DNA of 63,650 bases, filler included, from Nemertoderma westbladi (GCA_032718475.1; 3 parts of 3 records of this genome joined end to end with filler, not necessarily neighbours in it), one strand, 5' to 3'; counted from the first letter of the whole stretch, positions 38,603 to 51,385 are shown. Numbers and translations: made by a program. The notes: a model not told the origin generated them from the sequence alone.

Positions 38603-38831
38603 CCCCCATGTGAAGAATACCAGGTTTTCACTAATACCACAGGTTACAGAAGGGCTGAATCTAACCAAAACAATAAACGAATTAGTATATGTAAAGGTTA
38701 TAAGACAGAAATAAGCGCTATAAAACACTTAAAAAAGATAAATTTAAAAAAATAAAATAAAAAATCGTCATATATAAAATTCCAATAAAAAGTCGACCGA
38801 AAAGTGAATTCCTGGTATTCTTCACGTGCGG
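38603..38831. mobile_element. MITE-like element with ~29-bp terminal inverted repeats
   Basis: CCCCATGTGAAGAATACCAGGTTTTCACT (38604..) versus AGTGAATTCCTGGTATTCTTCACGTGCGG (38803-38831); an extra left-end copy at 38552-38570. Confidence 0.65.
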
Positions 38832-41235
38832 CATGGGCGAATATAAGATTATTAGTAGTTATATTAGAGTTGATTGATACACGTTTCCATAAAAATATTT
38901 AACTTTATGGGAATAATGTGTGTTTATAAAACTACAGTGTAAAAGTACAGTTAAAAATCCAAAAATGTAGCCACGGGCGAAGCTGACCCCATAATAATAA
39001 TAATATAATAATACAATATGGATATATTTCTCTAAAAAATCTGTAAGAACTACTGTACTTCCAACTTCAACAATTTTTTTACTATTTCACTTGCCAGGCC
39101 CAGATGTAATACGGTTTTAGAACATCGTCATGCTCTGAAAGGAGGCCAGAGGAACAAGATATCCTTGGCAATAACTTAAATCGTTCAAGAATGTTTCGCA
39201 TATAATGAAAACAAACATAGATAAATATAATACCAATACTACCGGTAGCTGTTCTTGTATTATATTCGTGTAGAAAAATGGTCAATAATCAGAGTGTAAT
39301 ATAATAAATAATCACAGTCATTTTGCGATTCTAGAATTAGAAATATGATACAGAATAGTACATCATGGTACTAGTGAGCTGGTTATTGCTTATTCCCTAG
39401 AGATTCACATTATGTAACTTTTGTTTTGGTTTGTGGTTTGTATATATTTATTGGCACTACTTCGCCCTGTCGACAGCCTCTGTCAATTTTTTTAACCATG
39501 GATTTTTTTGTGTTTTTCAATGTTTTTTTTTGATAATGGTGAATGTTCTAGAACCTTAAGTAGATATTTTTTTTAATAGCAGCTAGCGTTTTTTTAACTA
39601 GCTAGAATTTTTTGAAAATAAAAAAAAATTTTGTTAACATTATTAATTAGCTAGCGTTTTTATGAAGGTTGTGGGTTTTTTACTACAGTAGCTAGTAATA
39701 GTAAGTATTTAAGATGTTTAAAACTGATTTTTTTTAATGTTACGTTATTTATAGGTGTGATTGGTTGGTAAACAAGCCTATATTTTTTATGGGTTTTATT
39801 TTATTATTCTTTCCAGCGACAATTTTGCTGAATGTAGAATCAGAAAACTGTACCGATGTTCAAATAATCTCAAACGATGTTTAATATACACTATAAACTG
39901 TTATAATATCATCAATATTTATATCTACTAAATGTTCTATAAATTCTTTTTTCACCAATACCAAAAAAGCATTAAAAAACTCTAAAAAGGACTGGTGAAA
40001 AAATGGCAGGGGGTGAGTAGTATATATTACATGGAACCTCGGCCAAGGTCACCCGTAGTCCATCATTACCGTCCATTTCTGGTACTATAAGAAGCCACCA
40101 TTTCAACCTTTAGCAGTGGTCGTTATTATTTCAACCAATCAGATGTCAGCATTTCATCCGTAACCATGGCAACTTCTCAAGTTCCCGCATCTTCCGCTAG
40201 AGGCGTTATTAGTCACCCAACGCTAGTACTCCGTCCAATCACCAACCTTTATTTTACAGGTGTTCGGGTGTCTACAGGTAACTTCTACTATTTTTCAAAT
40301 CGCTATTTTTCAGCAACCAGTATTTTCATATTCACCAACCTTTATTTTACAGACGCTAGGGGTGTCTACAGGTAACTTCTACTAATTTTCATCAGTAACT
40401 AAATTTAATTTTGCAATTTTTCAGATAACAAAATATTCAACCGGGTTCGAACTCGGGACTGCTATAACTCCTCACAACTCACTACTCACTCTTCCACCCA
40501 ACCTCGAGAGAAAAAGGCGATAATTATCCGAGTTATAACAAAATATTCAATCGATGATATGATATGATATTGTACTGTACAGTACGTAGCCTAACCTAAC
40601 CATCCATTCGTATACCTACCGTAGCTATGATGGTTACTCTTCCTTTCACTTTTTTCTCTCCCTCTCTCTCTCTTTAGTGTTGTTTGTTATTGATTGATTG
40701 TTGTCAACTCAATGATTTCCTATCCACCCGCTACTTGGCCACGTTGCTGTATCCTTGTGTTTTACTGCAATTCTCCACTCACTCTTCCATCCAACCTCGA
40801 GAGAAAAAGGCGATAAATATCTGAGTTATACCATAGTCATTGAATTCTTCATCTTCATCACTGGTAGCAGATGTTTATAAATAGCTTCTAGTTCCTTAAC
40901 ATAATTACTATAGCGTAGAATACATTAATTCAACTATTAATAATAATCGATTTCTTTTATCGATGTAACTGATCGATCAACTAAGTTGAATATAAGTTAG
41001 AATGACAGGGCTAGCATTGATCACGTTGCATCTGTTACACGTTACTGCTATTTCACTCTCTAACTAACGCTAATGTAATAAATTTAGCTGTACACGTTGC
41101 ATCTGTTACACGAAGCAACTATATTCCTCACTGTAAGTCACTCTGTTTTATTAAAGCAAGCATATAAACCGAAGTTTTACATTCTAATAATCATTTATTT
41201 AGTTTTTATTTTTCAAAATAGTTTTCATTCTAATT

Positions 41236-42020
41236 ATGGATTTATTTAAAAAAACTTCAAGCAATACTTGGAAATTTACATTTAATAAATATACCTGTAG
41301 TATACCTGTACTCTTCAGAGTAAGACAGAAATATTAGAATTGTTATCACCACCACTCGAAATAATAAATCAGTGTTCTGTTGTTAATTTAACCAACCCAT
41401 CTTTTGTTGGTTTTGTAAGCAAATATAAAGGAACGACTTATATGGGACTATGGGAGATTTCAGCTAGATATTCTGATGCTATTGGTCTTAGGTATTATAA
41501 TGGGTTTAACTTAACAGCATCGGAAGTAAATTCATTGTGGTATGAATGGAATTATGAAATTAGTAACGAAGGTGTCTTTTCAGAGCTAGATACGGACGAT
41601 AAAGCTTTATCTGACCGACTTAAAGTAAAAATAAATGTACAAGAAAAAAAAGTAATTATTACAGACAAGGAAAGCAAATATTTACAGTTACATTACGATA
41701 AAGACATACCATATATAGAGTTTCTCTACGATATGATGTTAAAGGTTTCATCAACTGATATAGCAGACGGTTTCGCGATTCTATATCAACCAACTTGGAA
41801 GTTTAAGGTTAATAAGTCATTTCCAGAAGTAGTTTCATCCACATTTAATCCAAAGACATACATCGAAGAGACCTCGAGTGATAGAAAGCGCAGATCTACA
41901 TCTCAAACATCTTCCATTCCCAACAATGATTCTATACCTACAAAGAAAATAAAAGTTACAAAAGCAAGTGAAGAGGTAGCAGATTACAATAAGGAACATA
42001 TAAAAACAGTATCAGATTGA
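41236..42020 (+). pseudogene. PC4-like ssDNA-binding protein gene of the pPolB module, frameshifted by an 11-bp duplication
   Basis: FVSKYKGTTYMGLWE...NGFNLTASEVNSL resembles PC4 (VS.FKG....IREY...KGISL...QW..L). Removing one copy of TATACCTGTA(G/C) at 41290-41311 puts ATG 41236 in frame with ORF 41340..42020. Confidence 0.5.
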
Positions 42021-42586
42021 TTTATTATTATTAACTAGAGACTTTTCTTTTTCAGTTTCACACTGACTTGTAAAGGTAACTTTTTATCACAAAGCGTGAT
42101 TATTATAAAGTATTTGCATGTAAAGGTGACTTTATTGAGTAAATATTGGTGATAGTTTATATTTAATGTGAGCATGGGATTAGGTATAAAACATTCGCAT
42201 GTAAATGCATGAGTTTACACCACCATAATAAAACATTTAGCATGTAAAACCTACTTTATCAATGAAAATTAAAAAAACACATTATACACACATCTTGGTT
42301 TAGACTTGATTTTATTATAAAGAATTCAGTTGTAAAAGCAATTTTATTTATGATATTAGTTCCCAATGTAACTGTTATTTATGATTGGTTGGTATAAGTA
42401 GAAACTTGAAATATATATATATATAAAGAACTCAACTGATTCAATCGAGCTCATTCTGAAAATATTAAATTAATTAAAGTTTAGATATTATATTTTATTT
42501 GTGTTGAGTAGCTTATGAATTTTTTTGATTATATATATATAACAATATTCATATTAATTTTAAATTGTTTTTAGGATAATAAAGAG

Positions 42587-45500
42587 ATGGATAAACAATT
42601 GAAATGTCCATTTTGTCCTCCTCAAATTTCTAAACGTAACTATTTACGCCACCTAAGGACGCATTTTGAAGGTTATTCTTGTTTTAAGTGTCACGTTTTC
42701 ACACCTACAGAAGAAATATGTAAACGACATGAGTCAACTACGGGATGTAAAGAAATGAAGTTTTGCGTGTATGAAAAAACATGCCCTACTTGTAATAAAG
42801 AGTATTTATATGAGAATTACTTACGTCACAACTGCCACCAACGTTATTATCATGTTAGACCACAACGGAGCCAAAACAATACTATCGCATCTAGAAAAAG
42901 ACTGAAATCTGGTCAAGGTCCATCAATTTTTAGCATCGAACGAGCTGCACACGATAACCGTTTAGAAATCTATGTTTACAATCTTCCAGATGATGAAGAT
43001 TTTCCTGATATTCATTCATCATTAATTAAAATTCAACCTCACATCCAAACTTTATTATTGGGAAAACTTAGCGAAATGAATGTACTTAGACCCTGGCTAG
43101 GTGTGAATATACTCATGTATCGATCACATTTTTCAGAGGGTGATCAAGAAGAAACTTTCTATTTTAGTTCTTCAGGTGGTTCAGTTAATACCGTAGATTC
43201 ACATGAAAGTTTTGACACATGGTTTGAGTATGTACTAGAAACATTAATGCAAAATATAGCCATGTTTAACACTCGTGGCTCAGGGTGGCGCGTTAAATCT
43301 TTATTAAGAGTGGAAATTAAAGTAGCTGAATCCAAGTGTAGGTCGTTACTATATAAGGGGCATGGGTATATGGAATTACCTAAGGCTCTATCAGTTAAAA
43401 AATGTGTTATAAATATACAAACGGCTGATAATGATTGTTTTAAATGGGCAATTATAGCCACAAAATTTAGTTGCAAAGTGAAAGATCACAAATATCGTAC
43501 TTCGCAGTACAAAAATTATATGAGTCATTTCATTTTTGACAATGGGAACAAAGATTATCCAACAGAGTGGCAGCTTGCAATTAAACTTTTTGAAAAACAG
43601 AATTCAGCATATATAATTAATTTATTACTCTACGACAACAATCGAGTATCTATATTAAGACAGGCACCATTTAGTAAAATCACTCCAGATAAAGAGTTAT
43701 TGAATATATTACTTGTAAAAAATAAGAATACGAGTAAACAATCACATTATGTTTGCATAACTAACTTGAATCGTTTGATGAATACGAGAGCTCTTCATAC
43801 TCGTGGTAGGAAATATTGTGAACGGTGTTTGGCACCTTTCTACACCAATGATGTTCTAGAACGTCACCGTCTTGTTTGTTATCGAGGAAAAAGTCAAGTT
43901 GAGAAGCTACCATCTGAAAAAAGAACTCACATTAGCTTTAGAAATTTAGACAGAACATTACCAGCATTGTTTGTAATATATTTTGACATAGAATCTATTT
44001 TGGAGCCAGCCACCAACAGTAAATTTATTCAGAATCATATTCCTTGCGCTGTAAGTTATTTAATTGTTCCTAGTAGTGAATTAATCAATCCACCAAAATT
44101 TTATTTGAAGACCTTTACAAAAACAATCGACAACAACTGTATTCAAGACTTTTTAGACTCTGTATATAATGACATCACCCAATTATATAAGTGGTCGGAA
44201 GACCACACAAGAGAGAGAATGATACTTAATGATGCAGATAAGTTAAGTTTTTGGAAAGCTAAAACTTGCTTTTATTGTAATGTTTTATTTAAGGATAAGT
44301 CTGAGAAAAACAAACATCACTCACATATTACTGGTAACTATATAGCGGCCGCTTGTAACACATGTAACCGCTCTTTATCGTTGAAACGACACATGTATAT
44401 ACTCGCTGCACACAACTGCAATCTCTACGATTTGCATTTTCTTTTGCAAGTTGGTTTTAGCAATAATAAATATTCCGATTGGGATATAAAGGTAATCCCT
44501 AAAAATTCTGAAAGGTATATTTCACTAAGCATGCATATACCAGTGAAAGATGAAAAAACTAAGATCGAGCTACGTGTCTTAGACACATATCAATTTTTAT
44601 CCTTTTCCCTAAGTACTTTAGTTGATTGTTCAACAAAGGATATAGACAGCGAGGATATAACATCAGTTCTACCAATTACTGAACAGCAAATGAAATATTT
44701 TTATCCAAATTTAAATAATAAAAACAATTAAACGAAAAGGTATATTTCCCTACGAGTATCTGACAGATTTAAATAAATTCAATGATTCGAAATTACCATC
44801 AATAGACAAATTTTATAGTAAATTAACACAAAATACCTGTACACCCGAGGAATATAGTTTTGCCAACGCATCATGGAGTCAGTTTGACTGTGTGAATCTC
44901 AAGGATTATCTTTTAGCATACTTAAAACTCGATGTTTGTCTCCTCGCTGATATATTTGAGAACTTTAGGAGAGTGTGTAGACAAAACTACGAATTAGAAG
45001 TAGTTTATTATTGCAGTATCGCAGCTTTCACTTATGATTGCGCCCTGAAATACAATAAATGTAAGTTAACATTAATAAAAGATTACCAAACATATAGAGA
45101 TTTTGAAGCATCTATTAGAGGAGGGGTTTCATTCTGTCGAAAGCATTACATAGAATCAAATATACCAGATACTGATAATTATGATCCAAGCAAGGAAGAG
45201 TGTCATATTTTCAATATAGATTTTAATTCCTTGTATTCTGGTAATTTAAGTAAAAAGCTACCTGTTTCAGGTTTTGAACAAGTCAACGTTACATATTTAG
45301 AGAATGCTGCTCCAGAAGAACTGATAAAATATTTAACAAATCTTGATACTGAAGGTGATATTGGGTTTTTCTTAATTTGCGATTTGAAATATCCCAAAGA
45401 TATTCACGATCGTACATTAGAACTACCCTTAGCTCCAGAACATTTAAGTATAAATGAGATAATGCTTTCACCTTATATGAGGGAACAATTTAACAATGTT

Positions 45501-46604
45501 TGTAAACAAAGAGGCACTAATAGCAAGTATAAGATGTGTGCACCGAAACTTATGTTGACACAATTCGATAAAGAATTCTATCATGTAAATTTAAAACTGT
45601 TAAAATTTTATATAAAACAAGGTTTAATTGTTACTAAGCTCCATAAATTATATTCTTTCCATCAAGACTTTGTATTTAAACCCTATATAGATTTTAATAT
45701 TAATCAAAGGCAGCTAGCAAAAAGTTATATTGAAACAGCTGTCGTGAAATTGCTGAACAATTCTTTATTTGGAAAAACGATAGAGAAGATAAGGGACCGA
45801 TGCAACTTTCGTATCGCTAATAGTAAAGAAAAATGTGACCAATTAGTCAAACGTATAAATCACGAAAATTTCATGATTTATAACGATTCCTTATCGGGTC
45901 ACTTATTAGTAAAAGACTCTGTAACTCTCGATAAGCCGGTCTATATAGGTAGTACTGTCTTGGACTTGGCTAAATTGGATATGTATCAGCTGTATTACGA
46001 TAAATTGCTACCTATTGAGAAAGAATTAAACTGCCGAATTGAAATTGTAGCATCAGATACGGACTCTTTAATAGGTTGTTACTATAATACATCGCAGAAT
46101 AATTTTTTAAAAGCCTTAATTAAAAATAATATTCTAGATACATCCAATTACCCCAAGGATCACCCTCTCTACAGCGATAAAAATAAATCCAGGCTCTATT
46201 ACTGTAAAGACGAACTAGCCTCACGTGAAATTAAACAAGCGGTATTTTTAAGACCAAAATTATATTCAATTTTAGAATGGAATGATTCCAATATACAACG
46301 GGCAAAAGGAATAACAAGAGCTGTCGTGGATAAAAATATTTGCCACGAAGATTATGTAAGAGCATATAACTCAAACGAAGAAATTTCAAAAGAAATACAT
46401 CAATTTCAAAGTAAATTACACAAAGTGTATACTATAGCACGTGATAAGTTTGCTCTCAGCGCATTTGATGATAAACTTTATTGGGTTAATAAAAATCATT
46501 CGCTTCCCTGGGGTCACTATCAAACAAAGGTCGAAAAACCGATAAAGAAAAACAATATACCTATTTATCAGGAACCAAACAATGAACTATCAGATAGTCA
46601 ATAA
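42587..46604 (+). CDS. Protein-primed family B DNA polymerase (Polinton/adintovirus type), one frameshift at ~44715-44728
   Basis: N-terminal C2H2 fingers, GSGW, INIQ..DNDCFKWAI, HYVCI, ExoI YFDIES, endonuclease-VII-like CFYC..HHSHITG.Y..AACNTCN, ExoII HN..YDLHF; then in the shifted frame RKGIFPYEY, ExoIII YLKLDV.LLADIFENFR, IRGG, motif A DFNSLY, motif B KLLNNSLFGK, motif C SDTDS, KDE, RPKLYS, RAKGI, FDDK. Confidence 0.93.
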
Positions 46605-47127
46605 GAATGTAAGTTGCCAGCAAGTGTCAGCGATTAATTTTAAAGAATTAAAAAATCAATTATCAGGTAAACACATACTCAAACCAAATCAGTTTATATA
46701 TAAGATATTTGGTGCCACATTATTAATATTTAAAAATGGTCGTATTACATTATTAGGCAGTAAGTATAATTTCCAAAAAGTAAAAAAGCATATATTTGAT
46801 AAAACTAGTATTAATTTGATTTTAAAATCTGTTAATTTATGTACTTATATTTTTAGTATTAAGTCTGTAGTCTATAGGTTATTGATAAACAATACCGGGT
46901 TTTATGTTGTCTTTGATAATGTGCAACTTCAAGTTATATATGAACCTGAAATTTTTAATAATTGCAAAATAAGAATAAATAATACCGTAGTCATTTGCTG
47001 CTTTCATACCGGTAAATGTACTTTAATGTGTTCACCTAGCAAATTTCATATTTATTACCCTATATTTAGTAAACTTGTTAATTATTTATTAATGTTTGGT
47101 GTTGTGACTTTAGGTGTTGGTGATTAG
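46582..47127 (+). CDS. Divergent TATA-binding-protein (TBP)-fold protein
   Basis: Two TBP-like repeats: ATLLIFKNGRITLLGSK (cf. TBP TALIFSSGKMVCTGAK) and YEPEIF..CKIR....VICCFHTGKCTL (cf. YEPELFPGLIYR..VLLIFVSGKVVL). 181 aa, the size of a TBP core; overlaps the PolB stop by 23 nt. Confidence 0.72.
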   Translation: MNYQIVNKNVSCQQVSAINFKELKNQLSGKHILKPNQFIYKIFGATLLIFKNGRITLLGSKYNFQKVKKHIFDKTSINLILKSVNLCTYIFSIKSVVYRLLINNTGFYVVFDNVQLQVIYEPEIFNNCKIRINNTVVICCFHTGKCTLMCSPSKFHIYYPIFSKLVNYLLMFGVVTLGVGD

Positions 47128-47214
47128 AAGGTGAAAATTAAACATTATTATTTTTCAATCAATCTATCGGTAGTTAGGGAAAACTAACCTCGTTTGAATA
47201 AGTATGACTCTCAC

Positions 47215-47495
47215 GGGCTGACCGCGTGCCAAGCTGCGTGGCTGGCTGGCTGACTGCATGACCGACCACGAGGCTGGCTGCGTGCCGCGAGGCTGACTGC
47301 GTGCCGCGAGGCTGACTGCGTGCCGCGAGGCTGACTACATGACCGACCACGAGGCTGACTGCGTGCTGCGAGGCTGACTGCATGCCGCGAGGCTGACTGC
47401 AAGGCTGACTGCGTGCCGCGAGGCTGACTGTGAGGGTGGCTAGACGGCTGCAAGGTGGACCGTTTCCCAGCAGTGTGGCTGACTGCGCGCACATC
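47215..47495. repeat. GC-rich ~19-bp tandem repeat (GGCTGACTGCGTGCCGCGA) downstream of the pPolB module
   Basis: About a dozen variant units visible; the flanking block GCTGC.AGGT.GACC..GCAGTGTGGCTGACTGCG..CACAT recurs at ~47855-47903. Confidence 0.85.
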
Positions 47496-47901
47496 CGATT
47501 GTAACTGGCTCACGATAATGTATACATTGACTCAGTTTGTTACTGCGGGTACTGTTACATTAATACTGTGGTACCGGTACCGTACTGCAGTACAATGCTA
47601 ATTAAAGGAAATCAGCATGCTCTATCTGACTATACTGTTACATCAAGAACAGCGACAGTACTGCAGTACTGTATTGTTTGGGTAGGTGATCTAATCCCTA
47701 TATGTGAGAGCTACATGTCCCTTCTAGGTTATGACAGCAGTATGCTAATCAAGGTTCGGGTAGACAGCTGTATCCTTATAGTTGAAAAAAAAAAAAATGT
47801 TATTACATCAGATTACTGTTGTACTGATAAAATGGATGACAGTTGTGGATAGGAGCTGCGAGGTTGACCACATCCCTCGCAGTGTGGCTGACTGCGTACA
47901 C

Positions 47902-48334
47902 ATAGTGTGTATGATTGTGATTGGTAACAAAGTATTTCCTAAAGAATACGCTTTATACTTCAATCATAAGCAGTATCGTTGCGTTTTAGTATAAGTCTTA
48001 GTTCTGTTTAAATAGATAAAGCGCCACGTCCTAAAGGAACTGTTAATATTTCCCGAAAGCCTATAATATCTGTCAGAGATTAATTATTAACGATCTATCG
48101 AATAATACAGTAGGTATACACTGCAACCTTACACTGCAATAATAAAATTTAAGCATCCGAATTCAGTCTCCCGGGTGTAGATCCATCGGGTGAATGATCG
48201 CGCATGGGCTGACTTCGGCTAATGTTTTGTGTATTAGCATAAAATATTGTCGTATGCTAAAGGTGTTTTTATTAACTAAAAGACATATAAATTTTGGCAG
48301 GTTAAACTGCTAAAGGTCTTCAAAAGCGCGAACA
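47902..48334 (+). mobile_element. 3' portion of a family B LTR (copy 3)
   Basis: Near-identical to 23292..23723 and ends CAAAAGCGCGAACA. Confidence 0.9.
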
Positions 48335-48684
48335 GTAACAGTTTATAATCTTATTGCAGTAGGCAATAAGGTTGCAAAATACCGTAGTGACTGGTAAAAC
48401 TGAACCGGTACTCTGTAGGTCAGTAGGCCTAACTGTCATCACCGGTACCGGTACTGCTGTACAAGTACATTTAGTATTATTCGATTTTGATTATTGTATA
48501 CCGGTAGGCTGTTTAAGAGATTAGGGACTGTACACCCCTTGTTTCTTTTGGAGCTTATTTATTTCTGTCGGTTTTATTTCCTAGTAAGTTAATATTGAGC
48601 TGAAGACGTGTAAGTCTGCTCAGATTGTGCAAGTAATTGTAGGCTGAACTGCTGTCTGACTGTGTTGAGTTTGGAGAGATTACG

Positions 48685-49155
48685 GCGTGTGTAGAGTTTG
48701 TCTGATAAAGTGCCGTTAGTAAGTTGGGGCAGCCATATGCGGTAAGGTCAATCCCCTCTTAAAGAATAAGTCGTACTACCGTGTTAGAACGCATACTAAC
48801 TAACAGTTTCAGAGTCTGCATATACTGTAGTTTATTTAGGCTTGATCGTAGTCTGCCAGTGTTTTAGTCTGTGTTTGTTTGTGTGGTCTGTTCAGGTACC
48901 GTAATAGTTATTACTCAAATATTTTGTAGGCTAGATTGTTGTCTAGCTATTCTTAGGCCTGAAGGGATTGCTGCGTGTGTAGAGTTGGTCTGATAAAGTG
49001 CCGTTAGTAAGTTGGGGCAGCCATATGCGGTAAGGTCAATCCCCTCTTAAAGAGTAAGTCGTACTACCGTGTTAGAACGCATACTAACTAACAGTTTCAG
49101 AATCTGCACATACTGTAGTTTGTTTAGGCTTGATAGTGGTCTGCCAGCGTTTAGT
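48685..49155. repeat. Two ~185-bp direct repeats, 288-bp period
   Basis: GCGTGTGTAGAGTT..TGATAAAGTGCCGTTAGTAAGTTGGGGCAGCCATATGCGGTAAGGTC.. at 48685 and 48973. Confidence 0.9.
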
Positions 49156-50524
49156 TTGTATTTTGTTTGAGTATTCTGTACGGGTAGCGTAATATTTATT
49201 ATTCAGAGTTTATGCGATTATTCGCAACATTCATGTCCCCAAGTTTATTCCTACAGTAATTGTGCTTGTTATACATACCGTTATAGTTAAACTAACCCCG
49301 GTACTACATCAGGGCTGCTTGGCGTAGGTAAAGACTGACGACTTTGTGCTTCGGTCACTCCAGCAGATGCCGTGGTTCTTTTAACTGTTCAAGTATATTT
49401 AACTACTGATTATTTGTTATACCGGTACTTGTACCTAATTTAGGGTTTAGTGTACAGTGCTATCCGAAGTAATTAGTGTAGGCAGTATATTTGTGTTGTA
49501 AAGTGGTTAATAGGCACGCTGGATCTGGTAGTCCGCGGTAATTAACTTCTAGGTAGGAACAATCCGTGATACATAACGTAGTACCTATAGCGATACGGTT
49601 ATAGGTCGTCAGGCGGTGGTATTTTCCTATCTGGACAGTACAGTATATTTACTACTACTTATTATTTTCAAATACCGTAGTACCCTGTCCATTGTAATAA
49701 CCAGAATTCTAACCCTTTGTTAGGCTGGTTTGTAGACTTCCTGTAAAATTACCCTAAAAATTCGTACGTAATATTTTTGTTGTGTTTAACTAGAGATTTA
49801 ATCTCACCCGTATCGTAAGTAATTTGTAGTATTAAGTAACTTAGGTAAATTAGAATTATCTGTTTTAGTGTCCCATAAATAGCACTTCACTGAGAGCGCA
49901 CAGCTTCTGTGTAGTGACCCCCCAGAAATAATAACATTTATTTCAAATATTGACAAAAACCCATATAACGGGTATATAAATATTATAAATCAAATCAAAC
50001 GATTTATAAATAGTAGGCCTGTCATACAAAAACTAGGTCTCACTATCAGTTGGACTACTGCTTAAATAACGGTAACAAAGTAAGTTAAAGTAACCAAGTA
50101 GCCCTAAAATATTCAGAGATTCAAATATTCTAAAATAATTGACATACCGGTACTCACTATAGGCTTATTATATTTATCTCTATAAATTTGAGCTGAAATC
50201 ATACCGGTACTCTGTAATTAATTCTAGTTCATAATTATACTTACATGCTGTAAGTGTAAGCTGTATACCGGTATTCATTATAGGCCTACTATATATATAT
50301 ATATATTTGTGCTAAATTTATACACCGGTACTCTGTGGCAAATCTAGTCTGTAATAATACTTATATATACTATAAGCATACCGGTATTCTGATATAATAT
50401 ATATATATCCCGCTATATTAAGTAGCAGTATCGGTAATTAATTATTAGGCTAGCAGTGATACTGAATTACTAGACTTGCTTTAACTGTATTTATAGCTGT
50501 AGGCATTCGACTGTGTAAACAAAC

Positions 50525-51385
50525 ATGTCGGACACAACCCAATCACTGTCGGATAGTCTTTTGGAAAGTGTTAGAATGACTGTTAGACAGTGTCTTAAAA
50601 AGATCAGTGACCCAGATCCCAGTATAGAACATCCTAGATCCAAGTCTAAGTCACCTCCTGCTGTAAGAAAGGCCATCCCTACCGTAGTAGTGTCAGACCC
50701 TAGACTAGTAGAACACCGTAGGTCTATCATCGGCACTCGGGCCCAAGTCAAGCGGGATCAAGAAGCAGCTATCAAACAGCAGCAACCTCCTAGCCCAGAA
50801 CCTAGTTCTCAGCGGCCCGATGGCTCCAGTTGTTCGGATACTGCTGAGCGGAGACCCGAACGCGGAGCGAAGATGGCGGATACGGTTTATGATGAGCGAC
50901 CAACCTTTGAAGAATCAACCGACGCTGCTTCTCCTCAAGTGGAAAGCGAAGTGGAAAGCGAAGTGGAAAGCGAAGTGGAAAGCGAATTAACAGCAGCAGA
51001 GAAGCCGCGAACTAAAGATGCCATTGACATCTATCTGTCAGACTATCAGCGATTCATAGGAGACGAAGAGTTGAGGAGACGACTGTCTGGACTTCGCCCT
51101 AATAGTGAAGGAACCAAGCTTGTGTTGGACGCAATCGATGCGGAAATGTTAGCTGCAGAACAAGCTAAATGTGATGAAAAACTCCGCCTCGTTAGAGTCC
51201 AAGAAGAACAAGTAAAGAAAAGAAGGATAGAGGAACAAAAGGCGGCGGCTATGGCGGCGGCTACGGCAGAAGCAGAAGCCGAAAGAAAGGCAGTGGCGGC
51301 AGAAGCAGCAGCAGAAAGAAAGACAGCAGCGGCAGAAGTAGAAGCAGAAAGAAAAGTGGCAAAGGCAGTGAGAGAAGCAGAAAGG
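50525..51385 (+). CDS. Low-complexity/coiled-coil ORF running into the gap, possibly a retrotransposon Gag N-terminus
   Basis: AAACATG start; (VESE)4 repeat; A/E/R/K-rich helical end; preceded by a long repeat-containing non-coding leader. No diagnostic motif before the gap. Confidence 0.4.

Noticed and set aside
40016-40040. AGTAGT as the Polinton left terminus
   Set aside because: It fits the Polinton end motif, but no matching inverted terminus or 6-bp TSD was found to the right of the module.
47902-51385. LTR copy 3 as the 5' LTR of the downstream Gag-like ORF
   Set aside because: No TGG-type PBS follows the LTR end at 48334, and the ORF is cut by the gap before any diagnostic motif.
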